Part shown: in pieces, positions 6,803-17,676 of the stretch
How positions within the stretch are numbered: the first letter of the stretch is position 1
Layout of the letters: each line of letters opens with the position of its first letter
Assembly: GCF_000829315.1 (NCBI RefSeq)
Contig: NZ_AP013028.1
Coordinates: 450,001 to 482,000 of the forward strand
Length of the DNA: 32,000 bases
Source: Wolbachia endosymbiont of Cimex lectularius
Lineage (GTDB): Bacteria > Pseudomonadota > Alphaproteobacteria > Rickettsiales > Anaplasmataceae
Direction of reading: 5' to 3'
Position numbers and translations under genes: made by a program
The notes under the pieces: model-generated
Seen by the model: the letters and a program-made list of their open reading frames with translations, nothing else
What the model was told of the DNA's origin: nothing
Database searches by the model: none

Positions 6803-9706
6803 CTAGCGCGCTGCCATTTTTGTCATAGCACGGTCAAACACTCCCAATAACCTCTTAAATAGGCTTGGAGTTAGCAAAGAGATAGGATTAACAGATACGT
6901 TACTGTTTTTATCATCCCCATTTGCTTTGTAGTCTATTGAAATAATCCCCCTACTTTTCCCACCAGTGAGAAGTTTTCCGATTATAGGGATTTTTGACAA
7001 AGATTTGTTAATTGAGTATGCTGGTATTACTTGTCCTTCGACCTGGAACTTATAATCCTTGATATCAAGCCTACCTCTAGTGCTAATGCCCAGTTCCGCC
7101 CCTTCAAGCCAAGATTCTTCAATTTCAACAGTGCCGTCTTTATATGAAAAAGGTGCATTACACTTATAAAAGTATACACCTTCGTTCTTTATAGCATTTA
7201 CAATACCAGGCAGTGAAGACATCGATAGTAAAGTAGTAAGCAGTGAAGCATCTTTGATATAGAAATTGCTGATAGATAACATGCCGTAATGTTCCCCATT
7301 TTCTCTCTGAGAAGAGAGATAAAAAGATAATTTGCCGTTTTTCACTGATTTACCAATGCCTAAAGAACGCAAAAGCATACCTGAATTATCCGCATATATT
7401 TCGAGCCCTATTCCACTGTATTCCGCTGATATTTTGCTGTTGTCTTCCAAAAACTGTCCTGCAAATTTACTTCCATTACAATCACCTTTAGTGCAGGTTA
7501 CATGTAGCTTGGCGTTTTTGACAACAATGCCTTCTTTCATCATTAAATTGTCAACATTCATACTTACTTCTATGTCATTGTTGAATCCACCACTGTTTTT
7601 GCCAAGCAACCCTAAAATATCACTTAAATTAATTTTCTCACCATAAAGAGTTATGGCATTTTTTTCTTTGCCTAACTCAACTTCTACATTAAGGTCATTA
7701 TCCGGCAATTCAAATTTGCCAGAGCTCAAATACAAATTCCCATTCTCTACTTTTCCGCTAAATTTTATATCTAGGTCATTTCCTACAACGTCTAATTTGT
7801 CTATTAACAACTCACCTGCTCCTTTTAGCCTTGTAGAAAACGAAATTTTATTGTGGTCTTCAAAGCGATTCCTCCACCCTAAGTAGCTTGAACGTGACTC
7901 AAGCTCTGACAAATCTATATTACCACTAACATATCCCGTCTTATCTTGATTTATCACTGACTCTATACTCGTGTTGACGTAACCACCATCAAAATTAAGT
8001 ATTTGAGCAGGTAAATCCCCAGTTAAATTCCAGGCAAAACTTTCATTTTTGTTGCTACTTTTCAAGTCGAATAATAGTTGTGTATTATTCACCATACCAC
8101 TGCCATTTAAATCAATAAAGTCTCTGCCAAAATCAAGTTTAATATCATGCTTACTAAGACTTGCACCATAGACAACTAGATCGTCAATTTTGGAATGGAA
8201 ATTTGCTAAGAAGTCTACTTTTTTATCGTCGACATTCAGGTTAAAAATGCGAAAACTGAATACAGATTTTGCTATTCCACCAATCTTGTCTCTTGTAACC
8301 TGAATCATGTCATCCAGCTTAAATTTTATAGGCTCATATAACCCGTAAGCATCGCTTGTGGCCTTACCATTGATGACTAGAACTGATTCTTTCTTATCGA
8401 GAAAGTTCATTTCAATACTACCACCATCAATAGTGAAATTCTGAAATTTAGCGCTATTTACAGCAATTGTGAGGTTGTTATTTTTGAGAGTTAAATCACC
8501 GTTTAATTCTTTCACTTGCTCAAAATCTTCATCAAATCTGACACTGCAGTTTTCTATATCAGCAACAATTACAACGTCTGATAGATCATCATTAACTAAG
8601 CTATTAATTTTGCCGTTGAAACTTATGATTGTATTTACAATATCCCCATCGATATTATCACAATACCATTTTTTAAATCTATTCTTCACTATACCATCTG
8701 GTACATAAGTACATAAATCCTTCGCGGCAAACTTACTAATGTTGACCCTAAGCAGAGTATGATTTGTACTAAAGTTCATTTTACCAATCAAAGAAAGGTA
8801 CATACCATTTAACTTAAAATGAAAGTTTTTTACGCTGATGATTTCATCACTATATGTCAAATTCACATTTACATTAGTCAAGGCTAAGTTTTTACTCGAG
8901 TGATTCTCTGTATTTAATACGTATATGTTTCCATCTACAACTTCATCCTTTCCATTAATTCTCATTGAAAAGTTTCCTTTGAATCCTATTTCTTTGTCCA
9001 AATTGTAACTTTTAACTAGTGTGGAAAACTCGTTAAATAGCTCCAACTTTAGGTTATAGAATGTTCCATACAAATTTAGTAAATTATTGCGGTTTTTTAT
9101 CGTAATGGATAAATCATCTAGAAATCCTTTACCTTCTTTTGTATGGACACGGATATCCAAAACATTGAAATCTTCCCCCTTCCCTGCATATACTTTATCA
9201 ATGAAAAATTCACCTTCCGTGCTTTTATTGATAGCAATGTTAGTAATTTCAATTTTTGAACTTGCATTTAGGTCAAAAAAGAATTTCCTCACTGCTTTCA
9301 AAAAATTTTTCGAATAAAAATCAACTGCTTTGAAGTCATCTTTTTCCTGGTTGATACACACATGCACATTATCAGCCGAGACTTGAGAAAAATTTATACT
9401 GGTTTTTAGCAAAGAACTGAACTTAAAATGCACAAAAAGGTTAGGAACTTTTATAGTAAAGCCAGGATTCACTATTTTTAAATCTGTAATGACTAGATAT
9501 GGATCTGTGCCATCTCTTTGCCAAATAACTGAAGTACTCTCCATATTGACATTTGAGTTGGCAAACGTTTTCGATATCTTATTCTTTAAGTAAAAATTGA
9601 TATAACTAATATTAACTCCCAAGGGACTTTTATCTTTGAAAAAGACAAAGAAGCAGAGCATAAATAATAAAACTATAGAAAATAATATAGTGATTTTTTT
9701 AAGCAT
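6803..9706 (-). CDS. AsmA/YhdP/TamB-like large envelope protein
   Basis: The 967 aa ORF has an N-terminal TM helix (ITILFSIVLLFMLCFFVFF) and a long Asn/Lys-rich, beta-prone body. The C-terminal block, ...QVEGQVIPAYSINKSLSKIPIIGKLLTGGKSRGIISIDYKANGDDKNSNVSVNPISLLTP, is typical of the AsmA-family C-terminus. Its start overlaps the rnhA stop by 8 nt. Confidence 0.6.
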   Translation of the reverse strand: MLKKITILFSIVLLFMLCFFVFFKDKSPLGVNISYINFYLKNKISKTFANSNVNMESTSVIWQRDGTDPYLVITDLKIVNPGFTIKVPNLFVHFKFSSLLKTSINFSQVSADNVHVCINQEKDDFKAVDFYSKNFLKAVRKFFFDLNASSKIEITNIAINKSTEGEFFIDKVYAGKGEDFNVLDIRVHTKEGKGFLDDLSITIKNRNNLLNLYGTFYNLKLELFNEFSTLVKSYNLDKEIGFKGNFSMRINGKDEVVDGNIYVLNTENHSSKNLALTNVNVNLTYSDEIISVKNFHFKLNGMYLSLIGKMNFSTNHTLLRVNISKFAAKDLCTYVPDGIVKNRFKKWYCDNIDGDIVNTIISFNGKINSLVNDDLSDVVIVADIENCSVRFDEDFEQVKELNGDLTLKNNNLTIAVNSAKFQNFTIDGGSIEMNFLDKKESVLVINGKATSDAYGLYEPIKFKLDDMIQVTRDKIGGIAKSVFSFRIFNLNVDDKKVDFLANFHSKIDDLVVYGASLSKHDIKLDFGRDFIDLNGSGMVNNTQLLFDLKSSNKNESFAWNLTGDLPAQILNFDGGYVNTSIESVINQDKTGYVSGNIDLSELESRSSYLGWRNRFEDHNKISFSTRLKGAGELLIDKLDVVGNDLDIKFSGKVENGNLYLSSGKFELPDNDLNVEVELGKEKNAITLYGEKINLSDILGLLGKNSGGFNNDIEVSMNVDNLMMKEGIVVKNAKLHVTCTKGDCNGSKFAGQFLEDNSKISAEYSGIGLEIYADNSGMLLRSLGIGKSVKNGKLSFYLSSQRENGEHYGMLSISNFYIKDASLLTTLLSMSSLPGIVNAIKNEGVYFYKCNAPFSYKDGTVEIEESWLEGAELGISTRGRLDIKDYKFQVEGQVIPAYSINKSLSKIPIIGKLLTGGKSRGIISIDYKANGDDKNSNVSVNPISLLTPSLFKRLLGVFDRAMTKMAAR

Positions 9707-10136
9707 CGATTATTGCTTTTCTTGCTAAACTATCGGCCTCCTCATTATATTTATCGCCATTGTGAGCTTTAACCCACCTCCAATTAATCTTGTGTTGTGA
9801 AGCGATGTCATCCAATTCTTTCCACAACTCCATATTTTTTACTGATTTTTTATTACTTGTCTTCCAGCCATTCACTTTCCACTTATTTATCCACTCTGTT
9901 ATACCATGTTTGACATAGAGACTATCCGTATATAAATTAATATTACAAGAAAATTTTAACGCCTTCAGTCCATTGATCACTGCTGTTAACTCCATTTTAT
10001 TGTTTGTAGTATTTTCTTCCCTACCATAAACATCCTTTCTATGATTTTGAAATAGTATAATTGCCGCCCATCCTCCTGCTCCAGGATTATCAAGGCACGC
10101 TCCATCCGTGTATATTATCACTTCCTTTTTATTCAT
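9699..10136 (-). CDS. rnhA: Ribonuclease HI
   Basis: The 145 aa ORF shows IYTDGACLDNPGAGGWAAI...TNNKMELTAVINGL...LYTDSLYV...WKTS...VKNMELW...WVKAHNGDKYNEEAD, matching the canonical RNase H DEDD layout. Confidence 0.9.
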   Translation of the reverse strand: MNKKEVIIYTDGACLDNPGAGGWAAIILFQNHRKDVYGREENTTNNKMELTAVINGLKALKFSCNINLYTDSLYVKHGITEWINKWKVNGWKTSNKKSVKNMELWKELDDIASQHKINWRWVKAHNGDKYNEEADSLARKAIIDA

Positions 10137-10326
10137 CCTTAATTATATGAATTAATAAAGTATATAGTTGCTTTTATGAAAGCACAATTTCAATGAGACA
10201 CATGGACACAAGGCGTTTAAGCTGTACCCTTAAATTTTATTATAGAAACAAAGAAAAGCGCAACAACGAACAATATTAGAAGGAAAAACAAAAAATAGTT
10301 TTTATGTTTCTGCCGTTCTTTCATAG

Positions 10327-11214
10327 CTAAAGCAAATCAGTAGAACAAAAAATAACACTAGTAAACAGGAAAAATAGATAAGAAATTGAATAAGAAAACA
10401 TTTTTTTCTGTGAGCTATGATTCTTGAGCTTTATAATAGATACAGCATACCAAATAAAAATGCAACCCTCAAGGGTTGCCAGACTTAGGTAAAATAGAGC
10501 ATTTTTCAAAAACAGTGCTGGAAGTAAGCTAGTTAGCACCAGCAACACACTGTAAATTAATATATGTTTTCTTGTTTTCTCTGGGCCATAAACAACGTTG
10601 AACATTGGAATCGACGCTTTTACATAGTCCTCGGACTTATTTAAGGATAAAGCCCAAAAGTGCGGTGGGGTCCACATGAAAATTATTAGGAATAGAATGA
10701 AACTTTCCCAACTTACGGAGTTAGTCACAATTGCCCAACCAATCATTGGAGGAAAAGCACCTGATGCACCGCCAATAACAATATTTTGCGGAGTGCGTCT
10801 TTTGAGCCAAATTGTGTATATGAAAACGTAAAATAATATGCTGACTGCAAGTAAAGCGGCGGAAATATAGTTCACTGCTATTGCCATAATAAATACTGAC
10901 AATACTCCAAGGGTTATACCAAATTCGAGCGCACTTTCTGCAGAAACTCTACCTGAAGGTATAGGACGATCTTTTGTTCTTTTCATGAGAAGATCTATGT
11001 CCCTATCATACCACATATTTATGGCACCTGCGGATCCTGAACCAAGAGCAACACATACAAGAGATATTAGTGCAAGAAAAGGATGAATACTACCTGGTGC
11101 AGCAACCATTCCAGCAACTGCAGTAAATACTACAAGGTACATTATCCTTGGCTTTAGCAAACGCCAAAAATCCAGTATTGTTGATTCAACATTTAACAAA
11201 GCACTTGTGTACAT
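10327..11214 (-). CDS. ctaB: Protoheme IX farnesyltransferase (heme O synthase)
   Basis: The 295 aa polytopic UbiA-family protein has [24 protein letters not shown]. It lies directly downstream of coxA with a 1-nt gap. Confidence 0.9.
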   Translation of the reverse strand: MYTSALLNVESTILDFWRLLKPRIMYLVVFTAVAGMVAAPGSIHPFLALISLVCVALGSGSAGAINMWYDRDIDLLMKRTKDRPIPSGRVSAESALEFGITLGVLSVFIMAIAVNYISAALLAVSILFYVFIYTIWLKRRTPQNIVIGGASGAFPPMIGWAIVTNSVSWESFILFLIIFMWTPPHFWALSLNKSEDYVKASIPMFNVVYGPEKTRKHILIYSVLLVLTSLLPALFLKNALFYLSLATLEGCIFIWYAVSIIKLKNHSSQKKMFSYSISYLFFLFTSVIFCSTDLL

Positions 11215-11215
11215 T

Positions 11216-12766
11216 CTATTTTACCACTGGCGGTTTTTCGAAAGTATGAAAAGGTGGTGGTGAAGATATTGTCCACTCCAAGGTATCACCTCCCCAAGGG
11301 TTATTTCCAGCTTTCTTGCCCCATTTGAAGAGGTGTACAACTATAAACACAAAAAGCATAACTGAAATGAAGGACATATATGAACCAATTGAGGACACAT
11401 AATTCCAAGGAATGAATGCATCTGGATAGTCGGGTATACGCCTTGGCATACCAGCTAATCCCAGAAAATGCTGAGGTAAGAAAGTGATATTGGTACTAAT
11501 AAAAGTAAGCCAAAAATGTATTTTTCCCAGGCACTCATTATACTGTTTACCCGACATTTTACCTATCCAATAATAAAAGCCAGCGAAGGCTCCAAATATT
11601 GCAGCAAGTGACATGACATAGTGAAAGTGAGCAACAACATAATAGGTATCGTGCAAAAGCTTATCTATTCCACCTTGAGACAGAATTATTCCGGTTGTAC
11701 CACCACCAACAAACATGAAAATAAAACCTAGTGCAAATAGCATAGGGGTTTTAAGTTCAATTGCTCCACCCCACATAGTTGCAATCCAGCTAAAGACTTT
11801 AACACCAGTTATAACACCAATGAAAATTGTGCTGGTGCTAAAAAATATGGCAGCATCTCCACTAAGCCCAACAGTAAACATATGGTGAGCCCAAACCATA
11901 AAACCAAATACTGCTATGCCTATCATTGCATAAACCATTCCCATATAACCAAATATCGGCCTATGAGAAAAAGTTGACACGATTTGGCTTATGATACCAA
12001 ACGCAGGAAAAATAATTATGTAAACTTCTGGATGACCAAAAAACCAAAATAGATGTTGAAACAATACAGGGTCGCCACCCCCAACAGGATCAAAAAAGGA
12101 AGTGCCAATATTACGATCAGTAAGCAGCATAGTTATAGCACCAGCGAGCACCGGTAAAGCGACAATTAACATGAATGACGTTAATAAAACAGACCAAACA
12201 AATAGTGGCATCTTAGTTAATGACATGCCCTTTGCACGCATGTTAAATATAGTAACTATAAAATTGACCGCTCCAACAATCGATGACATACCAGCAATAT
12301 GGAGTGCAAGTATGGCAAGGTCAACTCCTGCACTTGGATGGGACATGACTTGCGACAGAGGTGGGTATAAAGTCCAACCTGTTCCAGGACCTTCGCCAGC
12401 AAATACTGAAAGGACAAGCAAAATAAAAGATGATACTAGCAACCAAAAACTTAAATTATTCATACGGGGAAATGCCATGTCTGGCGCGCCAATCATAAGA
12501 GGCACAAACCAATTACCAAACCCTCCCATTAGTGCTGGCATTATCATAAAAAACACCATTATTACCGCATGCCCTGTAACCATTACGTTATATAATTGAT
12601 AGTTATTGTTAAGTATATTAATGTGCATTAGTTGAGTACGAATAACCACTGATAACAATCCACCAATAATTCCAGCTAGTATGGAAAAAATAATGTACAG
12701 TGTTCCTATATCTTTATGATTAGTAGAAAATAGCCAACGCTTTATACCTTTTGGTACATCACTCAT
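11216..12766 (-). CDS. coxA: Cytochrome c oxidase subunit I
   Basis: 516 aa with [14 protein letters not shown] and other heme-copper oxidase subunit I signatures. Confidence 0.95.
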   Translation of the reverse strand: MSDVPKGIKRWLFSTNHKDIGTLYIIFSILAGIIGGLLSVVIRTQLMHINILNNNYQLYNVMVTGHAVIMVFFMIMPALMGGFGNWFVPLMIGAPDMAFPRMNNLSFWLLVSSFILLVLSVFAGEGPGTGWTLYPPLSQVMSHPSAGVDLAILALHIAGMSSIVGAVNFIVTIFNMRAKGMSLTKMPLFVWSVLLTSFMLIVALPVLAGAITMLLTDRNIGTSFFDPVGGGDPVLFQHLFWFFGHPEVYIIIFPAFGIISQIVSTFSHRPIFGYMGMVYAMIGIAVFGFMVWAHHMFTVGLSGDAAIFFSTSTIFIGVITGVKVFSWIATMWGGAIELKTPMLFALGFIFMFVGGGTTGIILSQGGIDKLLHDTYYVVAHFHYVMSLAAIFGAFAGFYYWIGKMSGKQYNECLGKIHFWLTFISTNITFLPQHFLGLAGMPRRIPDYPDAFIPWNYVSSIGSYMSFISVMLFVFIVVHLFKWGKKAGNNPWGGDTLEWTISSPPPFHTFEKPPVVK

Positions 12767-12781
12767 GTCTATACTCCCAAT

Positions 12782-13546
12782 TTAACTCACTAATTTTTTA
12801 TTTTCGATCCACTTATTAAAATCTTTTTTACTTACTGCCTCAACAACAATTGGCATAAACCCATGACCTTGACCACACAACTCATAACATTGCCCATAAT
12901 AAATACCAGGCTTTTTGACATTAAACCATGCTTCATTTAGTCTTCCTGGTATTGCATCAATTTTTACACCGAAAGCTGGTATTCCCCAACTGTGTATCAC
13001 ATCTCCTGCCGTCACTTGTAAACGAACGTTAGTATTGATAGGCAAAACCACGTTATTATCAACAGAGAATAGTTTCAAATCTCCTTCGCTAAAGTCATCT
13101 TTCCCCTTAATATAGCTGTCAAACGACACGCCTTGATATTCTGGATATTGATAGCTCCAATACCATTGATGACCAATAACCTTCAGTGTTATATCAGCCT
13201 TTGGTACCTTTTCCTGTAGCTTAATTAATTCAGCATTTTTAAAGGCCAATATTCCAACAATAATCGTGGGTATAACAAACCAGACGATTTCTAAAAGGAT
13301 ATTATGACTTGTCTTACTTATATTCTTCACTTTGCTCTTACGAAAGCGAAATACTACATAAGCAAGCAGTGCCCATACGAGAAACATTATTGCAACCATT
13401 ATACTCATCACAAATGAATGTGACTTAACTACAACTTCCATTATCTCAGTTGCAGGAGAAGGAAATCCAAATTGCCAGGAGGTAGGAGCAGAAGCAACTG
13501 ATGTACTCGAGTAAAACATTATCAATAATACAAATAACTTCACCAT
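12782..13546 (-). CDS. coxB: Cytochrome c oxidase subunit II
   Basis: 254 aa with two N-terminal TM helices and the CuA site VIHSW...CYELCGQGHGFM. Confidence 0.95.
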   Translation of the reverse strand: MVKLFVLLIMFYSSTSVASAPTSWQFGFPSPATEIMEVVVKSHSFVMSIMVAIMFLVWALLAYVVFRFRKSKVKNISKTSHNILLEIVWFVIPTIIVGILAFKNAELIKLQEKVPKADITLKVIGHQWYWSYQYPEYQGVSFDSYIKGKDDFSEGDLKLFSVDNNVVLPINTNVRLQVTAGDVIHSWGIPAFGVKIDAIPGRLNEAWFNVKKPGIYYGQCYELCGQGHGFMPIVVEAVSKKDFNKWIENKKLVS

Positions 13547-13761
13547 ATTTGTTTGCTGTAAAACTAAGTGACATACCGTATAATAGTATATAGAAACTTA
13601 CTATGCAAACAGAGATTAGCAATGATTAATAATTTTTTAGCGTTTAATAGGTATAATAATATAGTACTAATTTAGGGGAAAAAGCATTTACATGAATCTA
13701 TTTTAAGTTAAAATATTATAATATTTTTAGTTAAGTATTTACTTTAAGTAAATTCTATAAT

Positions 13762-13837
13762 AAGTTTAATAGTGTCTGTTACTGCTAATAACCCTCTAGC
13801 CTCACATCTAAAAGCAGTAACAGACACTATTAAACTT
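13762..13837. repeat. Perfect 24-bp inverted repeat with a 28-nt spacer
   Basis: AAGTTTAATAGTGTCTGTTACTGC (13762-13785) is the exact reverse complement of 13814-13837. It lies about 220-290 bp upstream of the coxB start. Confidence 0.9.
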
Positions 13838-14224
13838 TATGACAAATTTACTCATCTGTAAGTATAAAGGCCTGCCTCATATTTTATATAATACACTATA
13901 CTTTATTAACTAACTTTTAATGTCTGTAGCAGCATACATGATTTACGTATTATAGAAAATAATCATAAAGTATACTACTTGTAACCAACATAAAATTTTT
14001 TATTCAGCACCATTTCTATTATTTTCGGGTGTTAAAGCACTTGAAACTTGAAGCAAATGCACCTCGGCTTTCCGCAAGGAATAACTGAGTTATTAAGCTC
14101 TGTAAACAAAATTTTTAGAGAAGTCAATAAAATCTTATAACAAATTTCAATGGTAAATTAAAAAGTTTCCCTACGATGAGAGATTTAGCGAATTTATTAT
14201 GTATCTTGTTTGATAACGAAAGTT

Positions 14225-14690
14225 GGTGTAACCTTTATGCTTAAGAAATTTACCAAATGGAGAAAAAAGCAAAAGAAACCCCGTGGTAGCTAGCTATTTA
14301 CTTTTGTGTCGAAATGTTGGCGTTTCTTTATCCTAAACGCTTAATAAGTGCGACTTAGCTGCTTTTTAATGCAACTAACCTTAGCCATAAACATTTAAGA
14401 AATTCACTAAGCAGAAAAAAAGCAAAAGAAACCCCGAGTAGCTAGTTATTCACTATCTATCTTATGATATTGGCGTTTTTGATGTCTTAAACGACTTATA
14501 AGCGCGTTTGAGCTTGTATAGGTAAAAAAACAGAAGTTTTAAAAAGACATGCAGTGCACATAGTGCGAAAAATTAAACATGAGACGCGAAATATGTTAAG
14601 TTTTTTTGTCATTTAATCTGCACAGACTGAAGATAAATAATAGCTTCAACTCTATAATAACAGGGTTAGCGAAGGTTGTCAAGTAGTTTT
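14225..14690 (-). repeat. Composite intergenic repeat, copy B (lacks the palindrome/intron-site half)
   Basis: Contains the promoter block, the unique block and two ~154-bp tandem sub-repeats (14243-14396, 14397-~14545), all homologous to copy A. Confidence 0.8.
14654..14682 (-). promoter_or_regulatory. Near-consensus sigma70 promoter of repeat copy B
   Basis: The minus strand reads TTGACA (14682..14677), 17 nt, then TATTAT (14659..14654). It points toward the coxB operon. Confidence 0.5.
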
Positions 14691-14718
14691 TTTGTTTCCA
14701 TTCACTTTAACAAGTGAA

Positions 14719-16239
14719 CTACCTTTCTATAAAAGACCTATCAACTGTTGCAATTATAGGCGTAAACAAAAATGACAAAAGAGTACGGGATTGAGTAACT
14801 ATATATACTTCTACTGGCATACCGGGATATAGGTATACATTTTTGAACTGAGCAAGCTCTGACTTTGGTATCACCACGCGTACTGAATAATAACGCCCTA
14901 ACCTTGGATCATCGAGAGCATCAGGAGAAATATGGCTTACTATACCGTTAATTAAGCTTAAACGACGTGCGCTGTAAGCACTCAGCCTTACTTTCACCTT
15001 TAGCCCTTCCAATCCGTCAATAGAGACTATATTGCTATCTTTTTTTTGTGCTGACAGTATCTCCTCTATATTTCTAGTCTGAATTTTAGCGTCTATTATT
15101 AAATCATCATTAGATGGCACTACGCTCATAATCGGCACACCAGACTGTATAACACCACCTTCTGTATGGTACCGTATATCCGTAACTATTCCGTTTTGAG
15201 GCGATCTAATAACTGTGCGTGCTAACGCATCTTCTGCAACCATCAACCTCTCTCTCAAGTCAGCAATAGACGTGCTAACTTCCTTAAGCTCAATGTTTGC
15301 TCTCTCTTGAGCGTCATTCTTCACATTTATGATTTCTAACTCGTTTTCTCCAATTTTTTGTTGCACTTGAGATATTGCAGCACGGTAATGACCAACTCTA
15401 CCTTCAATTTCAGCAAACTGCTTTTCCAAAGTCAAAATGTGTGGCTTACCTATGTGACCACCGCTAAGAAGTTGCCTTTTTGTTTCTAACTCCTCAGCTA
15501 TTAAGTCATATTGCTTGAGAGCTGCATCCAGTTGAGAATTCAGTCCTACTAGCTCATCATGTAACTGTCTTATACGCTGTTGCAGTATGTCAGTTTTGCC
15601 TAATATACTCTTGTGCTGGGAATCAAATAATCTTATCTGATTTTTCATTACTTTGCTTGCAAGATTGCCATCAGATAATTCTTTGACTTCATCAGGAAAT
15701 TCAATTGTGTCTAAGCCTCCCCTAATAGCAATAAGCCTTGCTTCAGTTGCCAAAAGTGATAAGAGTTTTTCTTTGATTATACTCAAATTTGCCTTCTCGT
15801 TAACATCACTTAACAAAACTAAAGGCTCGTCTTTTTTGACTGCTTGGCCCTCTTTGACCAAAATTTTACTTATTATTCCTCCACCCAAATGTTGAACTAT
15901 TTTCCTGTTTGAAGATACAATAACTTCTCCACTTGCATGCACTGCCCCATCAATTGGAGCTATAGCTGACCAAATACCACCTATTCCAAAAAAAATGAGT
16001 ATCACTATCAGACCAAAAAACAGTGGTCCCCATGTCACTCTCAGAACCTCATTTACGTTACTACCTTCGCGCTTTAAAATAAAACTTACCACTGCATCAA
16101 TCAATGCGAACGTTTTATCCAAAAATTTTGGGTACTTCTTCTTTTTATTTTTTGTTCCTTGCATGTTTATATTATCACTATGGCCAAGTAGGCCTGTCAA
16201 AGAGAATCCAGCGCTAAGTTTTTTTAACTTACTTATCAT
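14719..16239 (-). CDS. HlyD-family type I secretion membrane-fusion (periplasmic adaptor) protein
   Basis: 506 aa with a single N-terminal TM helix, a lipoyl/barrel-sandwich segment (GEVIVSSNRKIVQHLGGGIISKILVKEGQAVKKDEPLV), a long coiled-coil and a C-terminal beta domain. Confidence 0.85.
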   Translation of the reverse strand: MISKLKKLSAGFSLTGLLGHSDNINMQGTKNKKKKYPKFLDKTFALIDAVVSFILKREGSNVNEVLRVTWGPLFFGLIVILIFFGIGGIWSAIAPIDGAVHASGEVIVSSNRKIVQHLGGGIISKILVKEGQAVKKDEPLVLLSDVNEKANLSIIKEKLLSLLATEARLIAIRGGLDTIEFPDEVKELSDGNLASKVMKNQIRLFDSQHKSILGKTDILQQRIRQLHDELVGLNSQLDAALKQYDLIAEELETKRQLLSGGHIGKPHILTLEKQFAEIEGRVGHYRAAISQVQQKIGENELEIINVKNDAQERANIELKEVSTSIADLRERLMVAEDALARTVIRSPQNGIVTDIRYHTEGGVIQSGVPIMSVVPSNDDLIIDAKIQTRNIEEILSAQKKDSNIVSIDGLEGLKVKVRLSAYSARRLSLINGIVSHISPDALDDPRLGRYYSVRVVIPKSELAQFKNVYLYPGMPVEVYIVTQSRTLLSFLFTPIIATVDRSFIER

Positions 16240-16466
16240 GTATTACTGTGAACTCGCGTTAATGTTAAGATAATATACAAAAACAAAGAATCCATGACTT
16301 ATACACTTCATTTGGACTGCAAAACACCAGAATAAACTATTTAGTAACAATTCTTGCATATCTTAATCTGACTTAGCTGTCATAGATCTAAGCTGCTTAT
16401 GTCGTGCAAAAAATCTATTGCCAACTAGGCAATGCTATGTTAGTAATCGGATAAAGTGAGGTTATT

Positions 16467-17201
16467 ATGTTTCGATTAGAAGGCAGAAAGTTCCTGATTA
16501 CTGGTGCATCAGGTGGAATAGGGCAGGCAATTGTAAAAACTATGCATAAAGCCGGAGCAATTCTATGTATTTCTGGTACAAAAAAAGAAGCCCTAGAAGA
16601 AGTTGCTAAACTATATGAAAAAAATATTTATATACTTCCTTGTAACTTATTAAACGTCGAGGAAGTACACCAGCTAATAAATAGAGCAAGTGAGTTGATG
16701 GAAGGTTTCGACGGGCTCGTATGTAATGCAGGCATTACACAAGATAGTTTATTGCTGAGAATGACAGATGAAGCATGGCAAAAAGTAATTGATATTAACT
16801 TGAGTTCTACGTTTAAACTAAATAGAGAAGCATGCAGGAAACTAATTAAGAATAACTGGGGGAGGATTATAAATATTTCTTCAATAGTAGGGTTAACAGG
16901 AAATGCTGGGCAGGCAAATTATGCAGCATCAAAAGCTGGAATAATAGCCATGAGTAAATCCATAGCAAAAGAAGTTGCAAGCAGCAATATAACAGTAAAT
17001 TGTATTGCTCCTGGGTTTATAGATACTAAAATGACCGAAGTTTTAACTGAAGAACAGAAGAGAAAAATACTAGATAATATTCCAATGAAAAAAATGGGAA
17101 CGGGAGAAGAAATAGCAGCGGGAGTTCTGTTTTTAGCAAGTGATGAAGCAAAATATATCACAGGACATGTGCTGAACATTAACGGCGGTTTATTTATGTA
17201 G
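16467..17201 (+). CDS. fabG: 3-oxoacyl-[ACP] reductase
   Basis: A 244 aa SDR with TGASGGIGQAI, NAG, and S...YAASKAG catalytic motifs. Confidence 0.9.
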   Translation: MFRLEGRKFLITGASGGIGQAIVKTMHKAGAILCISGTKKEALEEVAKLYEKNIYILPCNLLNVEEVHQLINRASELMEGFDGLVCNAGITQDSLLLRMTDEAWQKVIDINLSSTFKLNREACRKLIKNNWGRIINISSIVGLTGNAGQANYAASKAGIIAMSKSIAKEVASSNITVNCIAPGFIDTKMTEVLTEEQKRKILDNIPMKKMGTGEEIAAGVLFLASDEAKYITGHVLNINGGLFM

Positions 17202-17250
17202 TGATACCTTATTTGTGGACAAGCCATAAATTTTACTTTAAAATAAATAT

Positions 17251-17290
17251 GTGTAATAAAATTGTTCTTATTACACTAGTTTATTATTTA
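17251..17290 (+). terminator. Likely intrinsic terminator after fabG
   Basis: Stem GTGTAATAA (17251-17259) pairs with TTATTACAC (17268-17276), followed by the T-rich TAGTTTATTATTT. Confidence 0.45.
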
Positions 17291-17300
17291 GAGGCAAAAA

Positions 17301-17651
17301 ATGAGCTCTACAATAAAAAAGTTTTTTAATGTTTTATGTTTGGTGTTGTTTTTATCAGGCAATGCAGATGCCTCTAGCGCTGGTAGTGCTGGTATCAATG
17401 ACACAACTGCCCAAGTAATATGTAATATTATTGGTTATGTCTGGGGGATAGGTGGTCCACTCATGACAGTAGTAATAATTGGTGCATCCTTGCTTGCAAT
17501 ATTTGGCAGAATGCCTTGGCCAGCTCTCTTTGCTTTAGGTATGTTTTGTGGTGTATTTTTTGGCGCTAAGACGATCATAATGAACATTATACCCAATGTA
17601 AGCAATGAAGTCAAAAAAATGTTGGACCAGTGTGGACAGAATGGCCCTTAA
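17301..17651 (+). CDS. virB2: TrbC/VirB2-family T4SS pilin paralog 1
   Basis: 116 aa with a signal peptide and two hydrophobic helices. The core is IGGPLMTVVIIGASLLAIFGRMPWPALFALGMFCGVFFGAKTI, the VirB2 layout. Confidence 0.75.
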   Translation: MSSTIKKFFNVLCLVLFLSGNADASSAGSAGINDTTAQVICNIIGYVWGIGGPLMTVVIIGASLLAIFGRMPWPALFALGMFCGVFFGAKTIIMNIIPNVSNEVKKMLDQCGQNGP

Positions 17652-17676
17652 AAGTGATGGTGTAAAATGCTTTTTG

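Noticed and set aside
12102-12599. 165-aa ORF on the plus strand inside coxA
   Set aside because: It is antisense to a highly conserved cytochrome oxidase subunit I gene. The Pro/Ser/Thr-rich translation is typical of a shadow ORF and has no motif of its own.
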